Counted from the first letter of the stretch, positions 28,679 to 41,004 are shown. The stretch is 64,000 nucleotides of DNA from Octopus sinensis (GCF_006345805.1 NC_043007.1:68882001-68946000); one strand, 5' to 3'. Made by a program: numbers and translations. The notes: generated by a model not told the origin, from the letters alone.

Positions 28679-29024
28679 GTCGAAAGCGAAGATGCTCACG
28701 GGCGGATGGACGAGGCGAAGGCGGCGGCATATCGAGAACTCATCGGCCGTAAAGGGTCAAGAGGCACTTATCCGCATCCACGAACACAAAGCGGGAAAGC
28801 GCGACGAGAACGACACTTTCATTGAAACCTCCTCCGATCGGCAAGACGGTATGTATATGAATGTATTACTCTATTAGTGATTTTATGTGTATGCTCCTAT
28901 GTGTAGCTATGTAAGCATCTGCGTAGCTATGTAAGATTTGTGTGTAGCTGTGTATGCATGTGCGTAGGCTAACACAGTGGACATCCGTTTCATTCATGCA
29001 GACAATGCGCGCCTTCGCGAATCG
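28679..29024 (+). CDS. Candidate exon pair (28679-28848, 29002-29024) of an unknown, possibly prohormone-like gene
   Basis: GC-rich island with GC3-biased codons, donors G|GTATGT and TCG|GTAATG, acceptor ttcatgcag; phase-compatible join. A continuous reading needs one base removed at AAAGGG (~28760). Confidence 0.4.
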
Positions 29025-30143
29025 GTAATGTCAAAAGTGCAAATCCCGATAAAACTGTCCTTCACAATCTATTTATCGATCGATCAGATTATTTTAGCCA
29101 TATCTGTGTGCTGCAAGCAGGCAGTAAAAAACCGTGCGCGCGCGCACACACACGCACACGCGCACGCACACACACTCATGTGGTGTGTATGTGTACGCGT
29201 GCGTCTGTCTGTGTGCGTGTGTGCCAATAATAATATGTGCATTTAGTTTTGTGAGAAAATGCCTAATTGACAATCCGCATAAGCTAGGGTATACGGTTTT
29301 CAGAAAAAGCAATCAACTAACTAACTGGCATATTTCAATTACAATCTTTACGTGGCAAAGTAAAAATAGGCAACACTTTTCTCAAGTTTAAATTCTGACA
29401 TTGTTTTTATTTTCTACATTCCAGCGTTGGAGTTTTGCATGTTTGTTAGATACCAGCTCCTTCCTCAGAGGAAGAATTCAAAAAGTTAAAAACAGAATTG
29501 AACATACATACCTAGCGCGCATACACGCACACATACACAGAGTCTTGGAGATAAATTGGAACAATTTTTTACGATGCATAACACTGGTTATAGATACTAA
29601 AATAATGGTAGTAGACAGATATAAATTTAATGTAGCATTTATTACAACAAAACTATTTCCACTCAATATGGCGGCCCTTTTTGGCAATTACTGCCTTTAC
29701 ATGAGAAAGAAATTTGTTTCTTTATCACCCACAAGGGGCTAAACATAGAGGGGGCAAACAAGGACAGACAAACGGATTAAGTCGATTACATCGACCCCAG
29801 TGCGTAACTGGTACTTAATTTATCGACCCCGAAAGGATGAAAGGCAAAGTCGACCTCGGCAGAATTTGAACTCAGAACGTAACAGCAGACGAAATACGAA
29901 TTTCTTTATTGCCCACCGGGGGCCAAACATAGATATGGACAGTACAACTGATGGGATCAGTGAATCGATATGATTTTACATAAATGTGACATCAAAAAAA
30001 ATACAATACATAAAATCGAATGGAATACACAGTACAAAAACAATACAAATGAAGCTATGATCAAGTTACGCTCCGATCCCACAAGCCCCGATCTACCGCT
30101 GATACCTTTTTATTTTTCCTTTTTTTTTTTTTTCCTCGTCTAT

Positions 30144-33100
30144 TCACACGGTTCCTTGCACGCACAACACTCGTGCAACATACTTCCATCTCTTTTGGAA
30201 CGTACACTCTGACAGACACCTCTTCTCCAGCCACAGTTTCCTTTTCAAATGAAAAGAAAAAAAGGATCGTAAATTGTCACCAGAGATAAAGTTGCCTGTC
30301 TTAATTCCTTTTATCCTAGTATTCCATACAGCCTCTTTTGCTATTGCTACAACCGTGAGAAAACAATTCTTACCTTCGTTCGTTAGAACTCCCTGTGGGT
30401 CAATATTTATAATTGACTCAGTCGACAGCCGTACTCTTCCTTCGCCGGACAACAGATGTTCAGCATAAGCCCACATTTCAGTTATCTCCGGACACTGAAC
30501 AATAGCGTGAGGGACGGTTTCCCTGTCCCCCACCGCATCTTGGACAGGTCGGCGACTGACGTTTACCATGTCTTGCGAGCTTATCCCAAACGGGCAAGGC
30601 ACCTCTGTAGCATTGCCAGGTTAAGGACTTTTGGAAGTTGTCCAACGTTCTCAACCCGAATGTACGATGAAACAAGCTGTCCAGTTGAATAAATCCGAGA
30701 CCTAGAGTCGACCCCAGGCCATCGTCGCATTCAGACTCTACCTACCCACTATATAAAATCCGTGTGGAACCCCCACCGCTGGCGTTGCCCGAGCGCCGGA
30801 ACAGCAAGAGGGCCTTACGGCACTCTTTATGCCACTCACTCGACCTCGGTCTACGAGAACACCAGGCTTCCTGTTCGCAAAAACTCTTGAACTCAGGGAA
30901 CATTTGTCTGGCCAGCGGAGACCACACCCGTTCACTATCCAGGAGAATCCAGAGGTGCCTCAACCTCAACGCATGTCTGCGCATCATTAACCAAGGCATC
31001 CCTAAACCTCCATTTAAAGGCTTTTGACAGCAGACAGAGCGTTTCACAAGTGGCGACCTGCCCTTCCACAAAAAGCGAAAGAGCTGTCTCTCCAACCTGA
31101 TCAACCACGAATCCGGACAGGGCACGACAGTCAGGCGGTAGGTAATGACCGATGCGATAAACACATTGGCCACTTCCGCCCTCCCTTTCAGGGATAGCCA
31201 CCGCCAAGACCAGGTCTTGACTACTGCAGCCACCCTGCTCAATACCTCCGTCCAGTTCTTCTCTATCTGGAGGCCTGGTCCAAACCAGACTCCCAGCAAC
31301 TTAACCGGTCCCTCCGTCCAGCGCCTAACAACACTGTCTGAAGGCATCGACTTGCCAACCCAGGTGCCGAGCTGCAAGCCGACCGACTTTTCCCGGTTAA
31401 TCTTTGCTCCTGCTACCTCCTCGTAAGCCTCAATAGTCTTACCTACTTCACGTAGGCGTGCCACTGTGGTTACACTGATAGTGATATCATCCGCGAAAGC
31501 CGTAACAAACTCCTCTAGTCCTGGTTCTCTCGGGATGCCACTCAACTTTGCAGTAATGGCTCGAGAGCCATCACATACAAAAGTGGTGAAAGCGGACATC
31601 CTTGACGAACCGAGCGTCTGATGCAGAACGGCTTCGAAAGGAAACCGTTCACCCGAACTATCGAGTCAATGTTGTGGTACAAAGCGATAAACCACCTGAG
31701 GAAGCCAAGGACCAGGCCAAACCGCGCAAGTACAGTCGTTAGGTATCGATGGTCAACCCTATCAAAAGCTTTAGACTGGTCCAAATGCACCAATGCCCCA
31801 CCTTTGCCAGATTTATTACCAAACCTCTCTATGGTATAGCGAATAAGATGGAGGGTATCCTGAATGGTTCTGCCTGGGATGGCACATGTCTGTGCCTCCC
31901 CGACTATACCATTCGCGACACGCGCCAACCTTTTTGCTAGAACCTTGGCCAAAATCTTCACTTCTGCGTTTAACAGTGTGATGGACCTGAAATTCTCTAG
32001 AACGTCCCCCTTGTCCGGGTCCTTTCTGACCAACGTCACTACTCCCCGGCGCACAGATCTGGGGATAAACCCATTCTGTTTCCAGTTCGCGTACACGTCA
32101 GTCAGTAGTTGCCCGAACAAGTCTGGCATACATTTATACAGCTCGTACGGAAGACCATCAAGTCCCGGTGACTTACCCGCTTTACAATCGGCCAAAGCCT
32201 CCATCACCTCCTCAAGTGTGATTGGCCCTTCGCAAGACTCCGCATCCGACCCCGAGAGGCACGGCAGCCCGGTAAGAAAGTCCTCGAGGGCTCTCCCCCG
32301 AACAGCTGGGCGAAGTACTCCCGAAAGACCTCACACATTTTCTCGGGTTCGTTTATCAAGACACCATTTTGATTCGTCAAAGACCGAATAGAGGAACTAT
32401 TTCCTTGCCGAGCTTCCACCACTCGGGCCCATCCAGCGGCTTTGATTCCTTCACTTCCCATTGCACGTAACTTAGCTCTGGTAATACTTCCCATGTGGTG
32501 GGCTTCAAGATGCTGGTTTAACTCCAGTCTTTTCACCCTCGCTTGGTCTGTATTACCAGTCCTCCAGGCTTCTTCTAGTTCCTTAACTAGACCATCTCCT
32601 ATTTTACGTCCCTTCTTAGCTAAACTTATGCTAAACCTAATAGACTCATATTTGATGGCTCTTTTTAGGGCGTACCACCATTTGTTATTAATGATGGTAC
32701 CTGTTAATGCCCTCTGTATTAACATCTTGATCCGCTTTCTGTACTCCTCAATCGCCAAAAGGGACGTATTGAGTTTCCAGTAGCCAGATCCCTGTCTATG
32801 CAACTTATCTACCGTCAGTTTACAGGTAACCATCTTGTGGTCACTGTAGCTGACTAGAAAAAACTGTGGACACTCAACTATGGACTTATCTTTTTCTCTA
32901 ATTAAAATCCTATCTAGATATGTTCTGGTAGACCCGTCACTATTTGACCACGTCCACTGTGGAGTGTTCGCGTGCTCCAACCTATATGGATCTGCTAGCT
33001 GAAATTGGCTTAGCAGATCCCGAAAGCCTGTGTTACATTTTCTGTTCATGTTCGAGTTTGAGCCAACACAATCTGTGTGTGCTGCACATATTGTATTAGA

Positions 33101-33522
33101 GTCTCCTAACACTACTAGTGAATGCGACGTGGCTAGGAACTTTCCTAGGCCACGAAAATATTCAGTTTGCGGGCCAATAATGTTTGGTGCATAAATAGCG
33201 ACCAGCCTGATTGTCTTGCCACAACTGAATGTCAAGTCGAGAACGACCAGCCTGCCTTCTGGGTCAGAAAAAACCAACTTTTTCTCGGCTACCCGGTTTC
33301 TTTTTAGTAGGACCACACCCCACCCCCACCTCCCGCCCGACTCGGAGAAACGTATTTCTCGTAGCCGTTCAGGAGGGGGAGCAGATCTCTTGGCCCCTTC
33401 ACCCGGGTTTCCGTTGCAACAATTACATCCAAATTCCTCGACCTGATGTCATTCAGAAAGCGTCCTTGCTTCCAGCTTGACAACAGGCCATGAACATTTA
33501 AACAACCAATGTGAATAGCCAT
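30144..33522 (-). CDS. Tx1-like ORF2 (APE endonuclease, reverse transcriptase, zf-RVT), frameshifted
   Basis: IGCLNVHGL, ATETR, LVAIYAPN, VLGDSN, YLDRI, SDHK (EN); SPGLDGLPYELY, DQSKAFDRVDH, RQGCPLSPLLY, FADD (RT); CPRC...ETVPHAIVQC; split into about six ORF-track pieces. Confidence 0.88.
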
Positions 33523-33533
33523 CACTTACCTGT

Positions 33534-35058
33534 TTAATTAGGATTGTCTGGTGGAGGGGGGACCTCCACCTTTTTTTATCCAGGGTCGGAGGTGGACGGT
33601 CTTGGGAAATAGATTTGTCAAAATCCCGTCTCACCACCGACACAGAATTATCAGGTGGAGGGGGAATCTCCACCTTTTCCTTTTCTCGCGGGATCGGAGC
33701 TGGTAATCCATGAAATATCGACTTGTTAAAATCTAATCTCAATGAAGATACAGTCTTTCTGTACTTATTTTGTAGAATTCTATAAGTCTTATTTGAGACT
33801 TCATATATGTCGTAATTGATAAATTCCTCTGAAAGGTTATCAATTTTTTTTACAGTCTTTATGAGTTGAATGTCTCTCATGAGCTCAGTATCTTTAGTGT
33901 ATACGGCTATTATGCCTTTTTCTTCTTTTTCTCTTCTGGCAGTCTTTTTTGGTCGTTGTTCTGTAGTAGTCGCCGCTCTCGGCTGGGTTGCTGGTTGTAT
34001 TTTTCTTTTGTTTGTTGTTTTTCTCATCTGTTTCTTCTTTATCTTCTTCCTCTTTGTCTTTTTTCTCCTCTTCCTCCTCTTCTTCATTTTCCTTGCAGTT
34101 CCTTCGAATGTGGCCTAATTGACCACATAAAAAACATCGAGGTTTTCGGCCCTCAACAAACACCACGAGGTTCTCCTCCCCTACCTCAATTGTCTCAGGA
34201 ATTGTTTGAATTATTTTAGGGTCCGCTTGAATGAGAAGATTAATTGTTTGACCATCCCAGCGTGGGTTTTCCGTAGCGGTAGCCTGGAGGAGAGTAATTT
34301 TTTCTACCTCTTTGATTAGGACTGCCGCCAACAACCACATAGGTTCGACCTCTGGCGGGACCCTTGTAATTTTTATTCGCGACGTCCTCATCCCCATATA
34401 ATAGGGTATTAACTCCACGTCGTTCGTTTTCAACGTTTCAACTGAGTTCTTGTGTGCTATTTCTTTATTGGTGAACCTTACTTCCACCGTTCCGAATTTT
34501 TTCCTCTTCTCAGAAATACTACGTCGCCCAATATTGGCTTTAAGCACTTTTCTATTTTCTCTTCTGACATTCTTTCAATTTTTCTATTTTGTAGACAATA
34601 TGTTTTGAAAATTATTGTTTTTTGCTTTTCTTCCTGTAATAACTTTTGCGGAGGTTCAATTTTCACACTGTTGTCAGTTATTTCCATCATTTTGCTGTAT
34701 TTCATAATTTCGCTTTTATTCGTCGACAGTATCTGGGTTCCACCCCCAGCAGCCAACGCAAAACTTTTTTTCCATTTTTTGGTTCTATCTGGATGCTAGG
34801 CACATCAATTATTCTCTTCGACACAATGCCTTTGTTCTCTGGCAAAGTCGGAAACTCTTCTGGTGAAAGTTCTGACGAGCTCTCAGACACATCTCCAAAA
34901 ATATCAAATATATTATCCTCTCTGCTATTCCTTCTTGTAGCGGGGGAAACCCCTATTTCCTTGTCTGTAGTTGGCTCCTCGCCGGACATGTATTTCCTCC
35001 TCTCAACAGGAGAAACAAGTATTTCTGCTCCAACGGTAGGCTCCATGCTAGACGACAT
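33534..35058 (-). CDS. Tx1-like ORF1 (gag-like, zinc knuckle), frameshifted
   Basis: CFLCGQLGHIRRNC at 34095-34136 preceded by the typical L1/Tx1 ORF1 region and followed by an acidic/basic tract; pieces in four frames. Confidence 0.8.
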
Positions 35059-36034
35059 TCTTCCCCCCAAAGGGGGAATGAACAACGCGTGCTACCACAA
35101 GCACTAAGTGTTTTCAATTGAAAACTCCAACAGTTAAGTTATTCAACAGTTTAACAAGAAACAACAGTTGTTAACAATATTAACACCACGAAACAGCAAT
35201 TCTTACTTCACGAACACATGTGCGACAGACGAAATACGGCTACGCATTTCGCCCGGCGTGCTAACGGTTCTGCCAGCTCGCCGCCTTAATGAGAAAGAAA
35301 TTGTTTTGCAGCTGCCGTAATCTCTGCCACTTTGAATCCGTGTGTCGCACGCACGATGCAGGTCTTCAAACTGTTGACACTCGAGTGTTGTGAAGCATTG
35401 GTCCTTGCTTGAAGTATGCCTCATAAAAAGTAATCGAGAAGGTTGAGGTCTGGGCTATTATTGGGTCAGATGTAGTCCCTCACAAAAACTTGCACCAGAA
35501 ACCCCATTTATGTTAACACTGCAAAAACTAAAAATCAGTATGAACTTTCTTCTGCTCACATCATGTGTATGGTAAAATAAAACATTTGCTTTCTCTTCTT
35601 GTTCAGCCAATTATGTGGGGCACTTGAGTAAACGGAGCAGATTCAATGTATTTTCCACTGCTTATCTTAATCATTTATATGATAACGAATTTTCATAAAA
35701 TCCGTTGTGATGGAACCTCGTTGATCTTAGTCGTAAAACTGTCACAAACGTAATAAATGCACATATATTCACGAGGCATACTGATTAAATTATTATTATC
35801 TGAAGAAATATTATAATAAATACAAAATGGTTCAAATATAATTGTAAAGACAAAATAGTTAGTCTCATCTCAAAAATATATGCTATTAAAAACCAAAGAC
35901 AATTTTTATATCAGAATCAAAACTGTTATATTGGTAGATTTTTAAAAATAAGTGTGTGTGTGTGTGGAAGAGAAAGGGAGATGTATGTATATGCATATAC
36001 ATATATATATATATATAATATATATATATATATA

Positions 36035-36095
<61 letters not shown>

Positions 36096-36096
<1 letters not shown>

Positions 36097-36434
36097 TATA
36101 TTAAATTAGAGATAAAACCACTATTAGGCAAATCAAACAATGAAAAACTTAAGCCAATACATAAAATTAATTTATTTATATTATTTTAAATATATATAAT
36201 ATTTTAAATATATATCAAAAGTATTAAAAGTTTAATAAAAGATAATACTTTTGATATATATTTAAAATAATATAAATGAATTGATTTTATGTATTGGCTT
36301 AAGTTTTTCATTGTTTTATTTGCCTAATAGTGGTTTTATCTCTAATTTAATATAATATAATATTTTACTATAAAATTGGATTTAATCCTAAATCTGATTT
36401 TTCCCTGTAAGTTTGGATTTATTCCCTAATATTT

Positions 36435-36435
<1 letters not shown>
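36096..36435. mobile_element. Fold-back element between (TA)n tracts
   Basis: Arms ~36096-36226 and ~36244-36357 inverted (ATTAGAGATAAAACCACTATTAGGC / GCCTAATAGTGGTTTTATCTCTAAT), right-hand extension to ~36435; no hammerhead core seen. Confidence 0.75.
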
Positions 36436-36491
<56 letters not shown>

Positions 36492-36982
36492 TTCATTGTG
36501 AACTTATTTCTATTTTGACCACAAGCTTTTGAAGAGGTTAAAGACTTTTCACAACCACATGTTTTCGGTATTGACCCGTGTGAGGCACGCCCTTTAACTA
36601 ATCGCTTCTACGATAGGCTAGCAATAATCAGTGCTCTGTGAATACAATTTGGTAAAGAGTAACAGAACGAAAGAAATCTTGTGTATGTGCTTATACTTAC
36701 GTGCTGTGTGTACCTGTGTGTACGTTCACCTATATACACATACATACATGCATACACACACATACACATATATATGTATATATATATGCATATATGTATA
36801 CACACACATGCACACATACCCACTCACGCACACACACACACACATACATATATATATATAAATAAATAACAAGAGGTGGATATTGGTTCACTTCCTACAG
36901 CTGTTTAGCTGTTTTAGACAAGTTTTTATTAATGAATAGCGTTATTACTCTACTATTCATTTGAAACCTGAACTTTTATCCA

Positions 36983-38240
36983 CAGGGTGTTTGAAATATT
37001 TGAGGACAGATTTATGTTCATAAAAAAAATACAGATGTATAATAGCAGATAATAACTTTATCAAACGATGCTGAGAATAAAAATAAACCTTCTTTATAAT
37101 GTTATTCAATAAAGTGACCTTCAGCTTCAACAAGCGCTTTTATATGAGATCTAAATCATCTACATGCTTGAATCAAGTAGTCCTGGTTCACATTGGACAT
37201 TACTCTGCCAATGGCATCTTTCATAGAATCTTTGGTGTTGTGAGCATGTTCATTGACCCCTCTCTCTCTCTCTCAACAACGCTCCAGATGTAATAGTCCA
37301 GTGAGATCTGGAGAATTAGGAGGCCAAATCTTTGCGGTTATGGGATGATGAAAATTTTCAGCCATGCATTCCTGTGTTACTAGAGCCTTGAGTGATAGTG
37401 CAGAGTCTTACTGAAACACATATGGCCTTCCATTGCATACACTATCTATCCAGGGCTTAACAATTATTTCCAGGACCTCAATGTAGGCAGCAGAGTTAGC
37501 TCTAAGGCCTTGTGGAAAGAAATAATGAGGTATCACATGTACGTCATTGCTGACAACCCTTAAAATCATGACAGCTGCAGAAAAATTTGTATGCATAACG
37601 CTTGGAACTTCAGAATGGTCTGCACATAACCTTCTGTCATTTCTTCTGTTAACTTTTTGATCTTGGTCGAAGTTTTTTTCGTTTGAGAAAAACCAAATCA
37701 AATCTTCTTCTGCTTGATTTTCCAGTTTCTTTAAGAGCCTTTTATATCTGATATAGTGATTTTCTTTTGCTTTTCTGACAAATTGATCTTTTCTCATCAT
37801 ATAAGACTTATATCTGATGTCTTAGTGGACAACATTTCTGAGTGTTCTTTCTGACAAATGGAGATATTTTGCAATTGACCTCATGGACTTTCTGGGATTT
37901 TAATCAATGGTCTGTTGAACTTGCTGGATAACTTCGGGTGCTCTGATGCCTTCTGAGCATGTAGGATGTTTTATGCTTTGACACTGGTGTTACGTTTCCA
38001 TCTTCAATCTCTAGCTCCTTACACACTTTGTAGACGAAAGATCTGGTAACTTTTAAAAATCGAGATATTTCTAAATCGCTAAGCTCAGCCTTTATACCAC
38101 AATAACAGCATGCCTCTTCATTTCTTGAGTTAGCTCCAGGCCTGCCATTATCATTTTCTGAAGCAAAGATTATACAGAGTTAGCAAAAAAAAATGCAGCA
38201 ATGACCCAAAAAAGGTGTCCTCAAATACCTTAGGACCCTG
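36983..38240 (-). mobile_element. Tc1/mariner element, maT (DD37D)-like, degenerate
   Basis: Imperfect TIRs CAGGGT...TATTTGAGGACA at both ends, TA at right flank; WFFSNEKNFDQDQKVNRRNDR, GRPYVFQ, WPPNSPDL motifs. Confidence 0.85.
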
Positions 38241-38521
38241 TATACACTTTCTCCTCGACTTATGACCATCCGCACTTACGACCACAAAAAAATAAGGAAA
38301 TAAAAATGTAAATAAATAACTATGGTAGTATCGGGTAAAGCAGGCCTCCCTGAGATCCAGACATCCATTGCCTGCCACTATCTCACATACAGTCGCTTTC
38401 AAGCATCAGTTGCGTTTGAATGAAAATAGTGTTGAAAAATATAAATCCGACATACGACCACATCGACTTACGACCTGTCAGTCAGAAGAGAAGGTATATA
38501 CGTGTGTGTGTATTATATGTG

Positions 38522-39112
38522 TACTACTAAAACTCTGAGATTGCTTGCTTGCGTCCGTGCTTGTCAATAATTCAATAGAGCTAAACCGACGCATAATGGG
38601 AAAATACTCTGAAAGTAAGGACCCTTGAAATGTGAATACAAACGGGATAAAACAAGTTTTGTTTAAATCGGACCACAGATTCCCGAGATTCTCGGATTTC
38701 TGTGTATCTTCATATAATGGCCAAAACGGGGCATAATGGGAAAAAACTCGGAAAGTAACATAACACTAAAATGGGAGTATATAATACTGTGAAAATTATT
38801 TCCAATAATTTTATGTTTACGTTATATAACAATTCCTTTTGCACTTGTGTAGAAGTGTGCACATAAGCCATAAATAAATGCTATTACTGGAGTTTAAGTG
38901 TATCCCAGAAGTTCTATTTCTATTAGATGCTGTAAATAATTAATAAAACCGTAAACATGAACTTCTAAACTAGACCTATGATGACACGAACTAATTGAAA
39001 TATTTAACTGAATCATCATAAAATTAACTTTCATTTCAATGCAATATTGAAACCAGCTTCAATGTTTTCTAACCTAAACCGTCAATGACCCAACGGGTCA
39101 CGGGTAATCTAG
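38522..39112 (+). mobile_element. Helitron-like non-autonomous element
   Basis: 5' TACTACTAAAACTC + GCTT repeats, internal duplication GCATAATGGGAAAA..GAAAGTAA, 3' hairpin ACCCAACGGGT then CTAG|T; 5' TC not intact. Confidence 0.5.
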
Positions 39113-39152
<40 letters not shown>

Positions 39153-39165
39153 TATATATATATAT

Positions 39166-39248
<83 letters not shown>

Positions 39249-39349
39249 TAGATATAGATTTATAAACAAGGTTAATAATGATATTTAAATATCGATTTTA
39301 TCTAGTGGCCAGCATGGGAATAAATACCATACAAAGGTAATAATTATTT

Positions 39350-39436
39350 AAACTACAAATTAGGGTATCTGAGAGTCAGGGTTTTGACTGTTATTTCAGC
39401 ATGGTGGTATCTCTCAGATACCCTAATTTATAGTTT
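39350..39436. repeat. 26-bp inverted repeat (1 mismatch) with 35-nt loop abutting (TA)n
   Basis: AAACTACAAATTAGGGTATCTGAGAG ... CTCTCAGATACCCTAATTTATAGTTT. Confidence 0.85.
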
Positions 39437-39457
39437 ATATATATATATATATAAAAC

Positions 39458-40860
39458 AGCGTACCCAAAAGTAACAGGAACATTTCCTGTGGAACAAACC
39501 CGTTGTAGTTCAGGCTTCCGCCGCTAGAAGCTACTTGATGTGACCCTTAGACATCAGTATACCGAGCGGTGTCCTCGAGTGAAGTCGTACTGTTACATGG
39601 TGCGTCTGTGTTTTGCAATACTTCTCCTCTGTTCGGCGATTTTTGCGATGGCTGAAACGAAGGAATTGTGTGCTTCCGTGAAATTCTGCTTTCTGACTGG
39701 TAAACCGGCGGTAAAGAGGGTGCTGTCATGAGCAAAACACTAGATTACAAGTGGTTTCCACGTTTTAGGAATGGTCACTTGTTGCTTGAAGACCAGCTTC
39801 GTTCAGGACGACCGTCTGCAAAACATTTTCCTTTAAGGACTTCTTTTATTCGGGAAAACAAAAAGTCGAAGGGAGCAAGATCGAGTGAATAGGTTGGGTG
39901 GGGAAGCGGAGTCATGCCATTTTCGGTCAATAACTGTCTTACACACAAGGCGGTGTGCGCAGGCTCATAGTCATGACTAAACCACCACACTCCATTTTGC
40001 CACAGGTCGGAGCGTCTTTATCTCACTGCGTCTCGTAAATGCTTCAGAAAAATGTCTGGTCAACAGTTTGTCCAGGAGAAACAAATTCTTTGTGAACAAT
40101 TCCTTTCGCATCGATGAAACAAATCAGCATCGTCTTGACACTGGACTTCACTTGAAATGCCGTTTTAGGGCGTAGTGAAATCGAATTCTTCCACCGACTT
40201 GATTGCTGCTTCGTGTCCGGGCCATAGCTGAAGAACCACCTTTCTTCACCAATGATGACTTTCGCAAAAAGATCCGGATCAACTCCCAACTGTTTTTCTG
40301 TTCACGACGACACGTATTCAGTCGTGACTGCGTTTGGTCTTCCATAACCAAGCGAGGCACAAATTTTGCTGTAACTCTCTTCATTCGTAATTCATCGCTC
40401 AAGATTCTTTGGCAAGAGCTCCAGGACACACCAGTCATATCAAGAAGCTCATTAATTGTTCGGCGACGGTCCTTCAAGTTCACTTCATGAATTTTCGTGA
40501 TGTTTTCATTCGTTCGGGAGGTTGACACTCGCCTTAAACGAGGATCGTCTTCAAGCGACAAATGATATTTTCTAAAGCGTGAAAACCATTCCTAAACTTG
40601 TGTTTTGCTCATGGCAGCGTTCTTGTAAGCTGTTTGAAACATGATTACTGTTTCGGGAGTAGTTTCCTTAGCAGGAAACAGAAAATCACGGAAGCACACT
40701 GTTCATTCGTTTCGACTACTGCAAAAAATCGACGAACAGGGGAGAAGCACTGCAAAACAAAGACGTACCACATGACAACACGACTTCACCCGAAGACGCT
40801 GGTCGGCAGACTGATGCCTGAGGGTTGCATCAAGTGGTTTATAGCGGCGGATGCCTAAAC
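39458..40860 (-). mobile_element. mariner (DD34D-type) element with an inverted 5' segment in place of its 3' end
   Basis: Minus-strand transposase pieces LEDDPR, KRVTAKFVPRL, IIGEERW, HPTYSLDLAPFDF; 39509-39816 (+) is an inverted homologue of 40540-40859. Confidence 0.85.
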
Positions 40861-41004
40861 AGTATACATACATATATACATATAAACATACATGTATGTG
40901 TGTGTGCGTGTATACATATATATATATATATATGTATGTATGTATGTAGAGTATGTATGTATGTATGTATGTATGTATGTATGTATGTATGTATGTATGT
41001 ATAG

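Larger units (their letters stand above)
29899..35225 (-). mobile_element. Full-length L1-clade (Tx1-like) non-LTR retrotransposon, 5327 bp
   Basis: 13-bp TSD CAGACGAAATACG (29886-29898, 35226-35238); ~170-nt 5' UTR, ORF1 with CCHC knuckle, ORF2 with APE, RT and C-terminal Zn motif; non-poly(A) 3' end. Confidence 0.93.
29715..35288 (-). mobile_element. Nin-domain-like SINE split in two (29715-29898 and 35226-35288) by a LINE
   Basis: Halves join into a complete SINE; 14-bp TSD ATGAGAAAGAAATT at 29701-29714 and 35289-35302. Confidence 0.9.
29537..35520 (-). mobile_element. Tc1/mariner (maT-like) remnant split by the nested SINE and LINE
   Basis: Right piece 35303-35520 encodes PNNSPDLNLLDYF; left piece 29640-29700 encodes the C-terminus KAVIAKKGRHIE; the two join across the TSD ATGAGAAAGAAATT. 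Confidence 0.65.
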
